A stretch of 64,000 bases of DNA from a virus, in IMG/VR virus record IMGVR_UViG_3300021963_000090, positions 1-64,000 of that record; one strand, given 5' to 3'. Shown here one piece after another: positions 7,723 to 17,393 of this stretch. The notes under the pieces are model-generated. The model saw only the letters and a list, made by a program, of their open reading frames with translations, did no database searches and was not told the DNA's origin. The number at the start of each line of letters is the position of its first letter. Position 1 is the stretch's first letter. The translations under genes and the position numbers were made by a program.

Positions 7723-8285
7723 CGCTCTGTCAACACCTTATTTGCATAATGGGCTATACCAAAAGAGTCAGCCACGTCAAAATCTTTTAAAAATAAATTA
7801 TACTTATTATTAAAATAATCTACTGTTCTTTGTTTACGCATATTACGCAATTGTGTTTTATACCACGAATCTGCATAACCTGGACTTTTTACTCTTATTG
7901 CCTGCTTTTCATCTTTCGTTGGGTTCTTATTTCCGATATATGCCTGCCAAGAACTAGGGGATATAGTAATAACGGAAGCGCCAGTAGACATAAGCTCAGC
8001 AATAACAACACCATAGACATACGACAATTTTATCACAGCATCTGGCGATCTGACAAGTATTGCTCCCTCTACGGCAATATAATCAGCCTTTAATTCATCA
8101 AGCATTACATGCATTTTCTTTTTAGCATCATATATTTTTTCGTATATATCTGCTCCAACAAACTCAATCTTGCCCCACTTTAAAGGCTTATCGTTTTCCA
8201 TCAAGCAAAAGGCTACGGAATTTGTAGACGCATCTATGCCCAATACACGGTTGGCTTTAGTCTTAACTAGTTCAGCTAATTTCAT
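7719..8285 (-). CDS. ruvC: RuvC-like Holliday junction resolvase
   Basis: Catalytic acidic motifs VLGIDAS, IAVEG and DVADS. Confidence 0.88.
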   Translation of the reverse strand: MKLAELVKTKANRVLGIDASTNSVAFCLMENDKPLKWGKIEFVGADIYEKIYDAKKKMHVMLDELKADYIAVEGAILVRSPDAVIKLSYVYGVVIAELMSTGASVITISPSSWQAYIGNKNPTKDEKQAIRVKSPGYADSWYKTQLRNMRKQRTVDYFNNKYNLFLKDFDVADSFGIAHYANKVLTER

Positions 8286-8550
8286 CTAGCATACCTTTTA
8301 TCTTAGATCTTTTAGTTATATCTATTTTCTTTTGACATGAGGCGCATAGGGTTGTTTCATTATATCTACTCAGTTGAGCATTACATTTTTTGCATCCACG
8401 AGCAGCACCATTTCGAATAGCTTTCTTTTCATAATACTTTTCCATGATTCTGCGATTTGTCGCAACTCTGCAACACTCATCAGTACAATATTTTTGATTG
8501 TGCGTCTTTGGCTCAAAGTCTTTGGCGCATTCTTTATTTGCACAAATCAT
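8272..8550 (-). CDS. Zinc-finger hypothetical protein
   Basis: C..C..KYC..CC and CKKC..CASC. Confidence 0.75.
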   Translation of the reverse strand: MICANKECAKDFEPKTHNQKYCTDECCRVATNRRIMEKYYEKKAIRNGAARGCKKCNAQLSRYNETTLCASCQKKIDITKRSKIKGMLDEIS

Positions 8551-9332
8551 AGCTTAGGGACCTTATATGATTCTATTTGAACTGTTCCTATAAGACCTGC
8601 ATAACATTCTTTTTTAATTGGGCAATACGTACATGGCATCTTAGATTTTGATGCTCCTTGTGGGCGCATTGGAAGATCTCCATCTTTAAAGTTATCCCAA
8701 ACTTCGCACATCCAAACAAATAGATCTTCAATTATTTCTGTATTTTTTTCATTCATTGAGATTGGAATAACAATAAGCTCTTGAGTATTCTTATTCTCAT
8801 ACAGGAAAAATCCTTCTTTAGCATTCTTTAGCTTCATATATGTAAGTAATTGAAGCATATGGTTTGGTGTAGGCTTCATCTCTGCCTGCCTTGCATCCCA
8901 GACTTCCTGCTTAGCCGTCTTGATTTCTCCAATAACCGTCTCGTTATCGTATTCCATAATCAAGTCTATGAAACCTCTAATCGGAGGATACTCGTTTATA
9001 ATTTCTTCTTCTTCTATTCTAAACTCTGGCATAGTGGCAATTAACTTCTGAAGTCTCTCGTGTGCCTGCGTTCCTTGTGCCATATTAGCAACAGCAACAG
9101 CATCGTTATCATCAATAAACATTGCTCCACTAAATGCCATATACCAATATCTTGGGCATGTGCCATGGCCGTATCCGAGGGAGCTTGGACTAAATGACTT
9201 CTTTGTCATCTCTCCGTCTGCACGTTTTGTATTACGATAGGATTCATCAAGCAACTGTGCAAACTTTTCTGGATCGAAGTGTTTGCCAGTATGCTTTTTA
9301 AATTTAAGATTCTTTACTATGTCTCTAGCCAT
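8547..9332 (-). CDS. Cas4-like PD-(D/E)XK exonuclease
   Basis: PSS..CPR, GTQAH, GFID, EIKT, QLLTY and C-terminal C..C.....C Fe-S cysteines. Confidence 0.88.
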   Translation of the reverse strand: MARDIVKNLKFKKHTGKHFDPEKFAQLLDESYRNTKRADGEMTKKSFSPSSLGYGHGTCPRYWYMAFSGAMFIDDNDAVAVANMAQGTQAHERLQKLIATMPEFRIEEEEIINEYPPIRGFIDLIMEYDNETVIGEIKTAKQEVWDARQAEMKPTPNHMLQLLTYMKLKNAKEGFFLYENKNTQELIVIPISMNEKNTEIIEDLFVWMCEVWDNFKDGDLPMRPQGASKSKMPCTYCPIKKECYAGLIGTVQIESYKVPKL

Positions 9333-9409
9333 TATTTAATATCCTTCCAGAAAGCCGCCAATAAAAAAATAACGGGACCAAATATAACTAATGCTTGTAT
9401 CCAACTCAT
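9332..9409 (-). CDS. Membrane micro-peptide (25 aa; absent from ORF track)
   Basis: MSWIQALVIFGPVIFLLAAFWKDIK; ATGA and TAATG coupling fill the gap exactly. Confidence 0.7.
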   Translation of the reverse strand: MSWIQALVIFGPVIFLLAAFWKDIK

Positions 9410-9744
9410 GAGTTATACCTAACGACATACTTGAGTGCATCTACAAGTTTGTCTATGGACTCCTTTGCTGAATAGTAGATATTCTTTTTATTATTGTTTG
9501 TTGTACCAGCTTTATCTTTAGCTATAGTAGAATAATAAGAAGCCATCATGGAAAATTTTGTAGACATAGCCTGAAGCTCAATAATTAAATACGGGGCCTT
9601 TGCTGAAGGCACGTCTGGATTCATAAGAAGCTTTACAACAATTGATAAGGCTCTGTCTAATTGCTCATCTGCCATATACTCATGAAGATCATTGAACTCC
9701 GTAATTGAACTGATTAGTTCAAGGGTGTTCTTATCGTCCGCCAT
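9406..9744 (-). CDS. Hypothetical helical protein
   Basis: ORF with SD (GAGG) inside the recombination module. Confidence 0.75.
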   Translation of the reverse strand: MADDKNTLELISSITEFNDLHEYMADEQLDRALSIVVKLLMNPDVPSAKAPYLIIELQAMSTKFSMMASYYSTIAKDKAGTTNNNKKNIYYSAKESIDKLVDALKYVVRYNS

Positions 9745-9835
9745 TCTTAATCCTCTTATCTATTTTATCTATGAATAAGCCTAAGCCATATCCAACTACA
9801 AAACCTATCATCAAGCCCACCATAAACATTGTCAT
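9731..9835 (-). CDS. Single-TM micro-protein (34 aa; absent from ORF track)
   Basis: MTMFMVGLMIGFVVGYGLGLFIDKIDKRIKNGGR; TAATG coupling. Confidence 0.7.
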   Translation of the reverse strand: MTMFMVGLMIGFVVGYGLGLFIDKIDKRIKNGGR

Positions 9836-9990
9836 TAGATAAACCTCTGAACTATTCCATACCCAATCCATAAACCAACAATACCCATTAGTCCAGCAAA
9901 TACTGGTGGTGCTGGAATTGGAAGTTTAAAGACACTAAAGATACCGCCGACTGCAATACCAGTTAAAGTTGTATATAAAATTTCTTTCAT
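9835..9990 (-). CDS. XapX-domain (DUF1427-like) membrane protein (51 aa; absent from ORF track)
   Basis: GIAVGGIFSVFKLPIPAPPVFAGLMGIVGLWIG contains the XapX PxPAPP signature. Confidence 0.85.
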   Translation of the reverse strand: MKEILYTTLTGIAVGGIFSVFKLPIPAPPVFAGLMGIVGLWIGYGIVQRFI

Positions 9991-10115
9991 TTCTTTACCT
10001 TTTTATGATTTGGTGTATATGGACCAACTATCGATCTAATTGTTCCGTCCTTACGAATCTTTACAATCATACCATTTTTAATAATAGTATCGTTAAACCT
10101 ACGCTTGTTGGCCAT
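9987..10115 (-). CDS. Small basic protein (42 aa; absent from ORF track)
   Basis: MANKRRFNDTIIKNGMIVKIRKDGTIRSIVGPYTPNHKKVKK; GGAGG SD; ATGA coupling. Confidence 0.7.
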   Translation of the reverse strand: MANKRRFNDTIIKNGMIVKIRKDGTIRSIVGPYTPNHKKVKK

Positions 10116-10413
10116 TGTTGTCCTCCCAAAACTGGATCAGCTCTTCTAAAACTGCCCACTCAATAATTCCAAGACGAACCTTGGAATCTGTTCCAATAAT
10201 AATTTTTAGTGCTGGGTGCATATCTCTACTAACTTTAAAGGTGTCTGTGCATATCTTAGACCATACGGGCTTGTTTAACGCAAATGAAGCAGAAGCTTCT
10301 TTATAATCTACAAGAAACTGCTTCCATTTAGCATCACCCTTTTGATAATCACCACGTCCAGAATTTTTTTGAGCCTTAGCGCCATCACGCTTTACTTCAG
10401 ATCTTTCTGACAT
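10099..10413 (-). CDS. Small PD-(D/E)XK nuclease, Hjc-type resolvase-like
   Basis: E..NSGRG..KGD..FLVDYK pattern. Confidence 0.65.
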   Translation of the reverse strand: MSERSEVKRDGAKAQKNSGRGDYQKGDAKWKQFLVDYKEASASFALNKPVWSKICTDTFKVSRDMHPALKIIIGTDSKVRLGIIEWAVLEELIQFWEDNNGQQA

Positions 10414-10601
10414 TAGCCCACCACATAAGAATTTTTATGTCCATCTGGACAATCCCAAGATATGGTACGCTCTGATGCATTCCAAAAATATTCTTCAGAA
10501 TCTTTATCACATTTACCACAAGGCTTTCTGCCACCCATTCTTTCTAATTCTGGAGACATAACCTTTTCTGGTTTAGATATAAATTCATTAAGATCTGGCA
10601 C
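10413..10601 (-). CDS. Small zinc-ribbon protein
   Basis: CGKC...CPDGH; probable GTG start at 10601. Confidence 0.65.
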   Translation of the reverse strand: MPDLNEFISKPEKVMSPELERMGGRKPCGKCDKDSEEYFWNASERTISWDCPDGHKNSYVVG

Positions 10602-11592
10602 GAATATCCTCCTGTAGCTTTTCAACTACATCTGGGTTATCACGAAGGTACTGCACTGCCTTTGCTCTACCCTGGAATCTTTCACCATTGACGGTGTACC
10701 AAGCGCCACCTTTTTCCACGACTCCGCACATTTCTGCAACATCTAATGTCTCTCCAATCAGATCTATACCAAGAACATCCCCTTGGTAGTAGAAGTCGTA
10801 CTGTCCCGATAAATTAGGGGGGCCGACTTTGTTGTAATCAATAATCCAATTAACTGGTCTTCCGACTCTTTGTTCAATAATCTTGTCGCCAACTTTAACG
10901 CCAGCCTTAATAGCATTTGCTTCAGCCTCAGACGACCAAAGTTTAATGACGGTTGAAGAAAAGAACTTGACTGCCATGCCACCTGTGGGGATGTGACTAG
11001 CATGCATAGATCCAAATTGGTTTCGTTGTTGTGAGATGAGAACAAGTAGTGTGTTTTTGTTTGCATAGTTTAACATCTTGACTGCGTGGGTCATATCCTT
11101 TGCTTCAGCGCCGATTTGCTTTGTATCCTGCAAATCTTTCATTTCATTTCCATCTTTTTCAAAGTAGATGGCTGGGAGCAATGCTGAAATAGAGTCAACT
11201 ACAATTAAATCAACTCCTGCATCCATAAGCTTTGTAGCAACATCTACCATATCATTTACTGTTTTTGCTGGTGAATAGATAAGCTTTTCTGAATCTACAC
11301 CTAGTAATTCTGCCCATGCTGGATCATAAGAATGCTCTGCATCAATCCAGGCACAAGTCTTACCTTCTTTTTGAGCCAATGCTATCATCTGTAGACAAAA
11401 GGAAGATTTACCAGCAGACTTATTTCCCCATACAAGAATTTGTCTTCCATAGGCAAGCCCGCCTCTTAGCGCTAAGTTTAATCCAATACTAGGAGTTGAC
11501 TGCTTGTCTACATTAACGCTGACAGCAGACTGAACTCTTGCTCTGGTTTTTGGATCTAATTTAGCTAATATATCATCTAATACAATTTCCAT
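10588..11592 (-). CDS. recA: RecA/UvsX-like recombinase
   Basis: Walker A GNKSAGKS, WIDAEH, IVVDS, TGGMAVKFFSS, GAWY. Confidence 0.95.
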   Translation of the reverse strand: MEIVLDDILAKLDPKTRARVQSAVSVNVDKQSTPSIGLNLALRGGLAYGRQILVWGNKSAGKSSFCLQMIALAQKEGKTCAWIDAEHSYDPAWAELLGVDSEKLIYSPAKTVNDMVDVATKLMDAGVDLIVVDSISALLPAIYFEKDGNEMKDLQDTKQIGAEAKDMTHAVKMLNYANKNTLLVLISQQRNQFGSMHASHIPTGGMAVKFFSSTVIKLWSSEAEANAIKAGVKVGDKIIEQRVGRPVNWIIDYNKVGPPNLSGQYDFYYQGDVLGIDLIGETLDVAEMCGVVEKGGAWYTVNGERFQGRAKAVQYLRDNPDVVEKLQEDIRARS

Positions 11593-11625
11593 TATTATTC
11601 TTTCTTCTCTCTACTCATTATAGCA

Positions 11626-11973
11626 TTAAAATAAATTACCGTGAAGTCTTGGACGCTCTTTATTTTTATTAATCTTTGCTTCCAGTACATCATCTAGGCT
11701 GTGCAAAATTTGTTCTTCATTTCTCATTGCAGCGTAAACATCTAATAGTCTGATAATAACATCAGCCATTTCTTCTACAATTTGCTCACTACCCTTAGTC
11801 TTTCTAATTGCTTCTAGTACTTCAGTAACTTCTGAATGTACAAGCGCAAGTTTGTTTCCAATCTTGTCATGAGAATATTCTCCATCCCAGAACCCCTTTT
11901 CTTTTGCTGTTTCATGAAGCATTGCCGCCAATGCGTCTAGTCCGTATTCTGTTAATATATCACTCTGTGTCAT
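11626..11973 (-). CDS. mazG: MazG-like nucleotide pyrophosphohydrolase
   Basis: HSEVTEVLEA..EEMADVIIRLLD..K..KNKER. Confidence 0.88.
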   Translation of the reverse strand: MTQSDILTEYGLDALAAMLHETAKEKGFWDGEYSHDKIGNKLALVHSEVTEVLEAIRKTKGSEQIVEEMADVIIRLLDVYAAMRNEEQILHSLDDVLEAKINKNKERPRLHGNLF

Positions 11974-12163
11974 TTTTCTCTCTTAAACTAAATGTAAATG
12001 ATGGGCCTTCCTCATCATAATCAATTACTAATTCCTTTTCTGACGTTCCAGCATCTAAAAATCTTAACGTTGGAACTGTAAGCTTTTTATACTCCTCTAG
12101 TACTGCTACCAAAACTTGATTAATGCTTATTGAAGTAACCAAGCCCTCGATATCTTGTGTCAT
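11960..12163 (-). CDS. Hypothetical protein
   Basis: ATGA-coupled ORF after dnaE. Confidence 0.7.
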   Translation of the reverse strand: MTQDIEGLVTSISINQVLVAVLEEYKKLTVPTLRFLDAGTSEKELVIDYDEEGPSFTFSLREKNDTE

Positions 12164-15100
12164 TTTATTTCCTTAATCATCAGGGTTCCGTCATCAAGTT
12201 TGGATAGTATTACCTGACATTTCATTCCCTCACGCATTTTTGCTAAGGCAATCTTATACATACTAGAGAAAACAATAGCTCTAGTTAAATTTTTATCTCT
12301 ATCAGATAGGACTATGTGAGCCATAGTCTTTCCTGCCTTTGTCTTATAAGGTGTAAAGTTTACCACAGTATACTCGTTGTCGGCAAGGTCGTATTCTTTG
12401 CGATATAAATAGTCTACAAATATATCTGTGGATTTTGGATCTATATCACTAACCTTAATATACTTTGCAATACGATTATCTCCTACAAGAATAAAGTACA
12501 TTTGATTTGTTTCTATAGGGGTCTGCTCATTATGAAATAGACCAATTGAACCAGTCTCATCTACCAACTCCACTCTAGCCCACCCGTTTCCACGCTTGAT
12601 TGATTTAACCATACCAAACATTACGAATGAACCTAGATCGTCAAACTCTGATATTGGTCTTGCTTGTGCTTTAATTCTTGGTGGCAGATCTAAACTAAAT
12701 GTAGGAATTCCTAAGAATTCGTAGTAGTTTTCTTTTTCAGTTCCCTGCCGTGCATTATCGTCAAAAGCAGCACCGCCAATGGCGTTGAGAGCACTAACAG
12801 CCCTGCTGTTAATACCGCTACCTTTTTTAGACGACTTTTCAATAAAGTCTTTGTAGCTTTCATATGGCCTCTTCTCTATTATTTTATTTGCAATGCTATC
12901 TGAAATAAATTTAACTTCTGCCAACCCAAATCTAATAGCCTCCTTCTGCAATGAGAAATAAACATCAGACTCGTTGATATGCGGAAGCAATACCTTAAGA
13001 CCAAGTCTCTTAGCTTCAATTAGATATTCTGTTCTCGCATCCTTGTCATTTTCATTTTTAAGAATTGAAAACATAAACTCTAATGGATAATAAGTTTTTA
13101 ACCATGCTGTTTGATATGAGAGCATAGAGTAGGCAACAGCGTGAGAACGGTTAAAAGAATACCCAGCATGTGCTTCAAAGTCGTGCCACAGGTGCTGAGC
13201 CTGCTTCTTACTAATATGCTTTTCTGCACCCTCAATAAACTTATCCTTAAATTGATCAAACTCGGTTGCATCTTTCTTCTTACCGATAATCTTTCTAACC
13301 TTGTCGGCCTCTGACCAAGTCATTCCGCCCAAGTGTACGCATGCCTGCATAACCTGCTCTTGATAAATAATCACACCATAAGTATTTTCTGTAAAAGGCT
13401 TCATGATTGGGTGAACATATTCAACTGCTTCCTCGCCATGCTTTCTTTTAATATAAGACGCCCCTACAGTATTCATTGCGCCTGGACGAACCAATGCGTT
13501 AGATGCTGCAAGATCTTCAAACTTATCTACACCCATCTTAATAAGAAGGTTGGTATACGGAGTTGCTTCAGCTTGGAACACACCCTTTGTATACCCTTCG
13601 CTCAGAGTTTTGTATACTGCCTTATCGTCTAAAGAAATTTCTGATAAATTAATATCTTTACCTGTTCTATCTTTAATAGACTTTAAGGTATCGGAAATAA
13701 CAGATAGTGTTTTTAGGCCAAGAGCATCGAGCTTAATTAGACCAATGTCTGCAACAGTATCCATGTCATAAGCAACTACTGGGATACGACCAGAAACTTT
13801 ATCTTGGGCATCTTCACGAGACTCAACTGGCGCATACTTTCTAATATCATCCTTAGCAACAACAACTCCTGCTGCGTGAACCCCTACGCTTCGGATCTTT
13901 CCACGTAGTCTTTCTGCAAGCCAAACAACTTCTGGGTATTTAATTCTAAACTCTTTAGTATTTGGAGACTCAATAAAGTCTTCAAAGGTATCAATAGATT
14001 TCATTGCACGATTAACATCTGAAAGTGGAACCATAAATACACGAGCAGCATCACGAACAACTCCTTTATCTTTAAAGTAAGTGTATGTGGAGATAGATGC
14101 AACGTGCTTAAACTTTTTCTTTAGATAATCTTTAACTTCTTTACGACGGCGGTCTTCAAAGTCTGTATCAATATCTGGAAAGTCATTACGTTCTGGATTA
14201 ATAAAGCGGAAAAACAGTAAGTCATATTCAATTGGATCAACATCTGTAATACCTAATGAATAACAAACTAAAGATCCAGCGGCAGAACCACGACCTGGTC
14301 CAACCATAATATTATTATCCTTTGCCCAGTTAACCATATCCGCTACAACCAAGAAATAAGAAGCAAATGCCTTATCCTTAATAACGGATAGCTCTTCTTC
14401 AAGTCTGTCCAAGTAGACCTTATCCTTGTCCAGATCTAGCCTCTTAAGGCCTTCTAAGGCCATCTGAGCCAGTTTCTGGTCAGCATTGGTCTTAGGGACA
14501 GGGAGTAGGTCTAGACCCCTGTTAAAATCGTATTCTCCAATTTTAGAGGCTATATCCATAGTATTATCAAATATGTCTGTTCGATTAATCCCTGATTTTT
14601 TGAAGTCTGCCTCTATCTCATCTCTAGTCTGAATGAATAGATTGTAATCTACGAATGATATCTTTCTATCTGGATAAAGATAGTTAAATCTATCTAACAT
14701 ATCTTTCATCTGACGAGACATTTCAAAGTCTGCTTCTTTATCTGACTTAGGAGATGTAGATAATATGAGCATTGCTTCTTCTAGAATGCGGTCTTCTTCT
14801 TTAGCAAAGTGGGCATCTCCTGTTGCCACCGCTTTAATTTTAAGTTCATCTGCTAGGCTTAATAGCCCCTCGTTTATTTCTTTCGGATTGTGAGATTGAA
14901 CCTCAATATAAAAATCATCACCGAAAGTTTTCTTAAAATCTTTGAGAATAAGTTTAGCTTCAGAGAACTCATTCTTCTCGATGCACTTAGAGATAAGCCC
15001 ATTGAGGCATCCAGAAAGGACAATAATACCTTCAGCATATTCTTTTAATACCTCTCTGTCGATTCTTGGCTTATGATAGAAGCCTTCATTCCAAGCAAGT

Positions 15101-15426
15101 TCCTGTAGTGTGTTTATGTTCTCTAAGCCTTTTTTATTTTTAGCCAGAAGAATAATATGATTATAAGCCTGAATAGACTTATCTGTTTTAGAGGAGCGAT
15201 CAAATCTATCTGTTGGTGAGATGTACGCTTCTACTCCCAGGATTGGCTTTATGCCTTGCTCCTGACATGCTATCTGCATTTCACGATGAGAGGACAATGT
15301 ACCGTGATCTGTTATTGCTAATGCTGTTTGACCAGCATCTTTTGCTGCCTTTACAAGTTCGGCAGGAGAGTTAAGACCATCCATCAATGAATAATATGAA
15401 TGCACATGTAAGTGTGTGAATGACAT
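12160..15426 (-). CDS. dnaE: DNA polymerase III alpha subunit (family C)
   Basis: PHP domain (HLHVH, TDHG, SGCL, GDAH), GRGSAAGSLV, PDIDTD, KLDALG, YSFNRSHAVAY and OB folds. Confidence 0.97.
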   Translation of the reverse strand: MSFTHLHVHSYYSLMDGLNSPAELVKAAKDAGQTALAITDHGTLSSHREMQIACQEQGIKPILGVEAYISPTDRFDRSSKTDKSIQAYNHIILLAKNKKGLENINTLQELAWNEGFYHKPRIDREVLKEYAEGIIVLSGCLNGLISKCIEKNEFSEAKLILKDFKKTFGDDFYIEVQSHNPKEINEGLLSLADELKIKAVATGDAHFAKEEDRILEEAMLILSTSPKSDKEADFEMSRQMKDMLDRFNYLYPDRKISFVDYNLFIQTRDEIEADFKKSGINRTDIFDNTMDIASKIGEYDFNRGLDLLPVPKTNADQKLAQMALEGLKRLDLDKDKVYLDRLEEELSVIKDKAFASYFLVVADMVNWAKDNNIMVGPGRGSAAGSLVCYSLGITDVDPIEYDLLFFRFINPERNDFPDIDTDFEDRRRKEVKDYLKKKFKHVASISTYTYFKDKGVVRDAARVFMVPLSDVNRAMKSIDTFEDFIESPNTKEFRIKYPEVVWLAERLRGKIRSVGVHAAGVVVAKDDIRKYAPVESREDAQDKVSGRIPVVAYDMDTVADIGLIKLDALGLKTLSVISDTLKSIKDRTGKDINLSEISLDDKAVYKTLSEGYTKGVFQAEATPYTNLLIKMGVDKFEDLAASNALVRPGAMNTVGASYIKRKHGEEAVEYVHPIMKPFTENTYGVIIYQEQVMQACVHLGGMTWSEADKVRKIIGKKKDATEFDQFKDKFIEGAEKHISKKQAQHLWHDFEAHAGYSFNRSHAVAYSMLSYQTAWLKTYYPLEFMFSILKNENDKDARTEYLIEAKRLGLKVLLPHINESDVYFSLQKEAIRFGLAEVKFISDSIANKIIEKRPYESYKDFIEKSSKKGSGINSRAVSALNAIGGAAFDDNARQGTEKENYYEFLGIPTFSLDLPPRIKAQARPISEFDDLGSFVMFGMVKSIKRGNGWARVELVDETGSIGLFHNEQTPIETNQMYFILVGDNRIAKYIKVSDIDPKSTDIFVDYLYRKEYDLADNEYTVVNFTPYKTKAGKTMAHIVLSDRDKNLTRAIVFSSMYKIALAKMREGMKCQVILSKLDDGTLMIKEIK

Positions 15427-15450
15427 TAACTCTCCGCCTTTAACTTTGTA

Positions 15451-16122
15451 TTACCAGTCTACGCTGCTTGATGTAGCAGAAGACTCTTCGTTACCACCAT
15501 TTTCTCCCATATAGAAAGCTTCTTGCTCTGCATATGGAACGTGACGAACTGCTGTCTTTTCAAGATCAAACAATTCAAGGCTTGCAAAATCGAATGGTGT
15601 TTCATCCTTAGCAAGCGGAATGATTGTGTAACTGGTATCTGTTTTGGTTCCGTTACGCTTAATGCGCCACATTAGGTTAGTAATGCTTCCCATTTCGCCA
15701 GCGTATTCAATCAAGGTAGGTGTGATTGTCTTACCACTGGTTCCCTGAGATAGAATTGCAACATACGGCTCTTCTTTACCGTCGTCAACCAATACATTGA
15801 TGTATAAGCGTGTTCTGGCCTTCCAGCCAGCCTTTGGATCCTTGCGATGCTGTTCATTTGCCCAATCACGGCCTTCAGACTCCATTGTATCTAGAGCCTT
15901 GCGACGGTAATCCTTTGGGTTTGTGTGCTCTAGTGCGATAAAACCGCAACCAAGCTTGTCGTTATAATTTGGTGAATCTGGATCTAGTTCCTGGAGGAAT
16001 CTAATCTTTACGCTTTCGCCGTCTTCAACCTTAAGCCAGCGGGCCTTGTTGTCATCGCCACCACTGTAGGTAGGCTTATCTAACGCTTTGTTTAGGTCTT
16101 TTAGACCCTTTACTATACTCAT
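15451..16122 (-). CDS. Single-stranded DNA-binding protein (gp32-like)
   Basis: DGESVKIRF..WKARTRLYINV..IKRNG..TSY; acidic tail ending in W; located between primase and polymerase. Confidence 0.75.
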   Translation of the reverse strand: MSIVKGLKDLNKALDKPTYSGGDDNKARWLKVEDGESVKIRFLQELDPDSPNYNDKLGCGFIALEHTNPKDYRRKALDTMESEGRDWANEQHRKDPKAGWKARTRLYINVLVDDGKEEPYVAILSQGTSGKTITPTLIEYAGEMGSITNLMWRIKRNGTKTDTSYTIIPLAKDETPFDFASLELFDLEKTAVRHVPYAEQEAFYMGENGGNEESSATSSSVDW

Positions 16123-16173
16123 TTATTCTCCTTTATAGTTGATGGTATATATCCATCTGTATTTGTCATTATA

Positions 16174-17166
16174 TCATGAATCCCAGGATCTGTATTCTAT
16201 ATCGGATACAGCATTTTTAATACAAGCTTTTATTTCCTCATCAGTCATATCGCCTGCATCTTTTGCATCATGTGGATATATCTTACCATATTCGTAAGAA
16301 GCCCACAAGAGGTCCTTGAACTTTAATTTATTGACTATGCTTCGACCTAATTCTCTGCCAGCCAAATCTGCGTCTGTCATTACTGTTATCTTATTAAAAT
16401 GTCTATTTAATAAGTTGTGCTGTTCTGTTGATAAAAATCCGCCTAGCGTAGCAACAACATTTGGAAAGCCTGCCTGATGCACACGTATTGCATCAAAGTT
16501 AGACTCAACAACTATAACGTGGTCACCAATTTTTTTAGCACGGTGAATATTAAATAAAGTTTTACTCTTAGGAAGATTGGTACTATTCTTAAAAGACTTA
16601 CCCTCAATAGATCTGCCAACTAATCCAATTGGAGTTCCGTCTGGACTATGCACTGGGGTAATAACCATATTCATAGATGCTGAGTATCCAAGACAGAAAT
16701 GATCGATAGACTCTTGATTGATTCCTCTTGAAGCAAGATAGTCTACGGCTTCCTTAGACATTCCTGAATGCAATCTATCCAGTGTCTCTTGAGAAAATTC
16801 TTCGAACACAGGCTTTTCTTCCATAGCCTCTGAAAGTAATTCGTCAAAGTTTTCTAGAGCTTCTGCCTCTTTAGAAGATATAAAACGCATAGCCTCATAC
16901 TCATTCTTATTCATTACACGCTTGACTAGTTCTTGTAGAGTGCCAGCCTCACCACATGAAGGATTAAAGCAAATGAATGCACCTTTTTCACGGCTTACGC
17001 TAAATGAAGATGTGTGTCTATTAGAATGAAATGGACAGTAGCATAGGAAATCATTACCAGTTTCGCCAACAATATTCAGTCCTATAGATTTTAAGACTGA
17101 CTTGATATGCGCTGGCGTGTATTGCGTGGTATCAACTTCCCTTGTGTTATACCCTCTAATTGCCAT
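16174..17166 (-). CDS. dnaG: DNA primase (CHC2 zinc finger plus TOPRIM)
   Basis: CPFH..C....C, VVESNFD, DADLAG, KDAGD; start moved to MAIRG (17166). Confidence 0.92.
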   Translation of the reverse strand: MAIRGYNTREVDTTQYTPAHIKSVLKSIGLNIVGETGNDFLCYCPFHSNRHTSSFSVSREKGAFICFNPSCGEAGTLQELVKRVMNKNEYEAMRFISSKEAEALENFDELLSEAMEEKPVFEEFSQETLDRLHSGMSKEAVDYLASRGINQESIDHFCLGYSASMNMVITPVHSPDGTPIGLVGRSIEGKSFKNSTNLPKSKTLFNIHRAKKIGDHVIVVESNFDAIRVHQAGFPNVVATLGGFLSTEQHNLLNRHFNKITVMTDADLAGRELGRSIVNKLKFKDLLWASYEYGKIYPHDAKDAGDMTDEEIKACIKNAVSDIEYRSWDS

Positions 17167-17393
17167 GCTTTCTTCTTTCCCACATATACACCATGGATGC
17201 TCATTAAGAACTTCCAAGTCTCGCCTGTGAATTCTACCGAAAATGCAGGGTCTATGTCAAGTACCCTTACATATCCTTTGCCACGCATATCCTGAGTAAG
17301 CAGGTTTTCATACTGTGGCCTCAAGCTTATTAGGCGTGAGTTGTCATCAAACTGTACTTCAATTTGAAATCTTTTAATTTTTCGATGAGTCAT
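17091..17393 (-). CDS. Hypothetical protein
   Basis: ORF filling the gap between helicase and primase. Confidence 0.7.
   Translation of the reverse strand: MTHRKIKRFQIEVQFDDNSRLISLRPQYENLLTQDMRGKGYVRVLDIDPAFSVEFTGETWKFLMSIHGVYVGKKKAWQLEGITQGKLIPRNTRQRISSQS

Noticed and set aside
8547-9332. CRISPR-Cas system suggested by the Cas4-like gene
   Set aside because: No repeat-spacer array or other cas genes were seen; solo Cas4-like nucleases are common in phage recombination modules.
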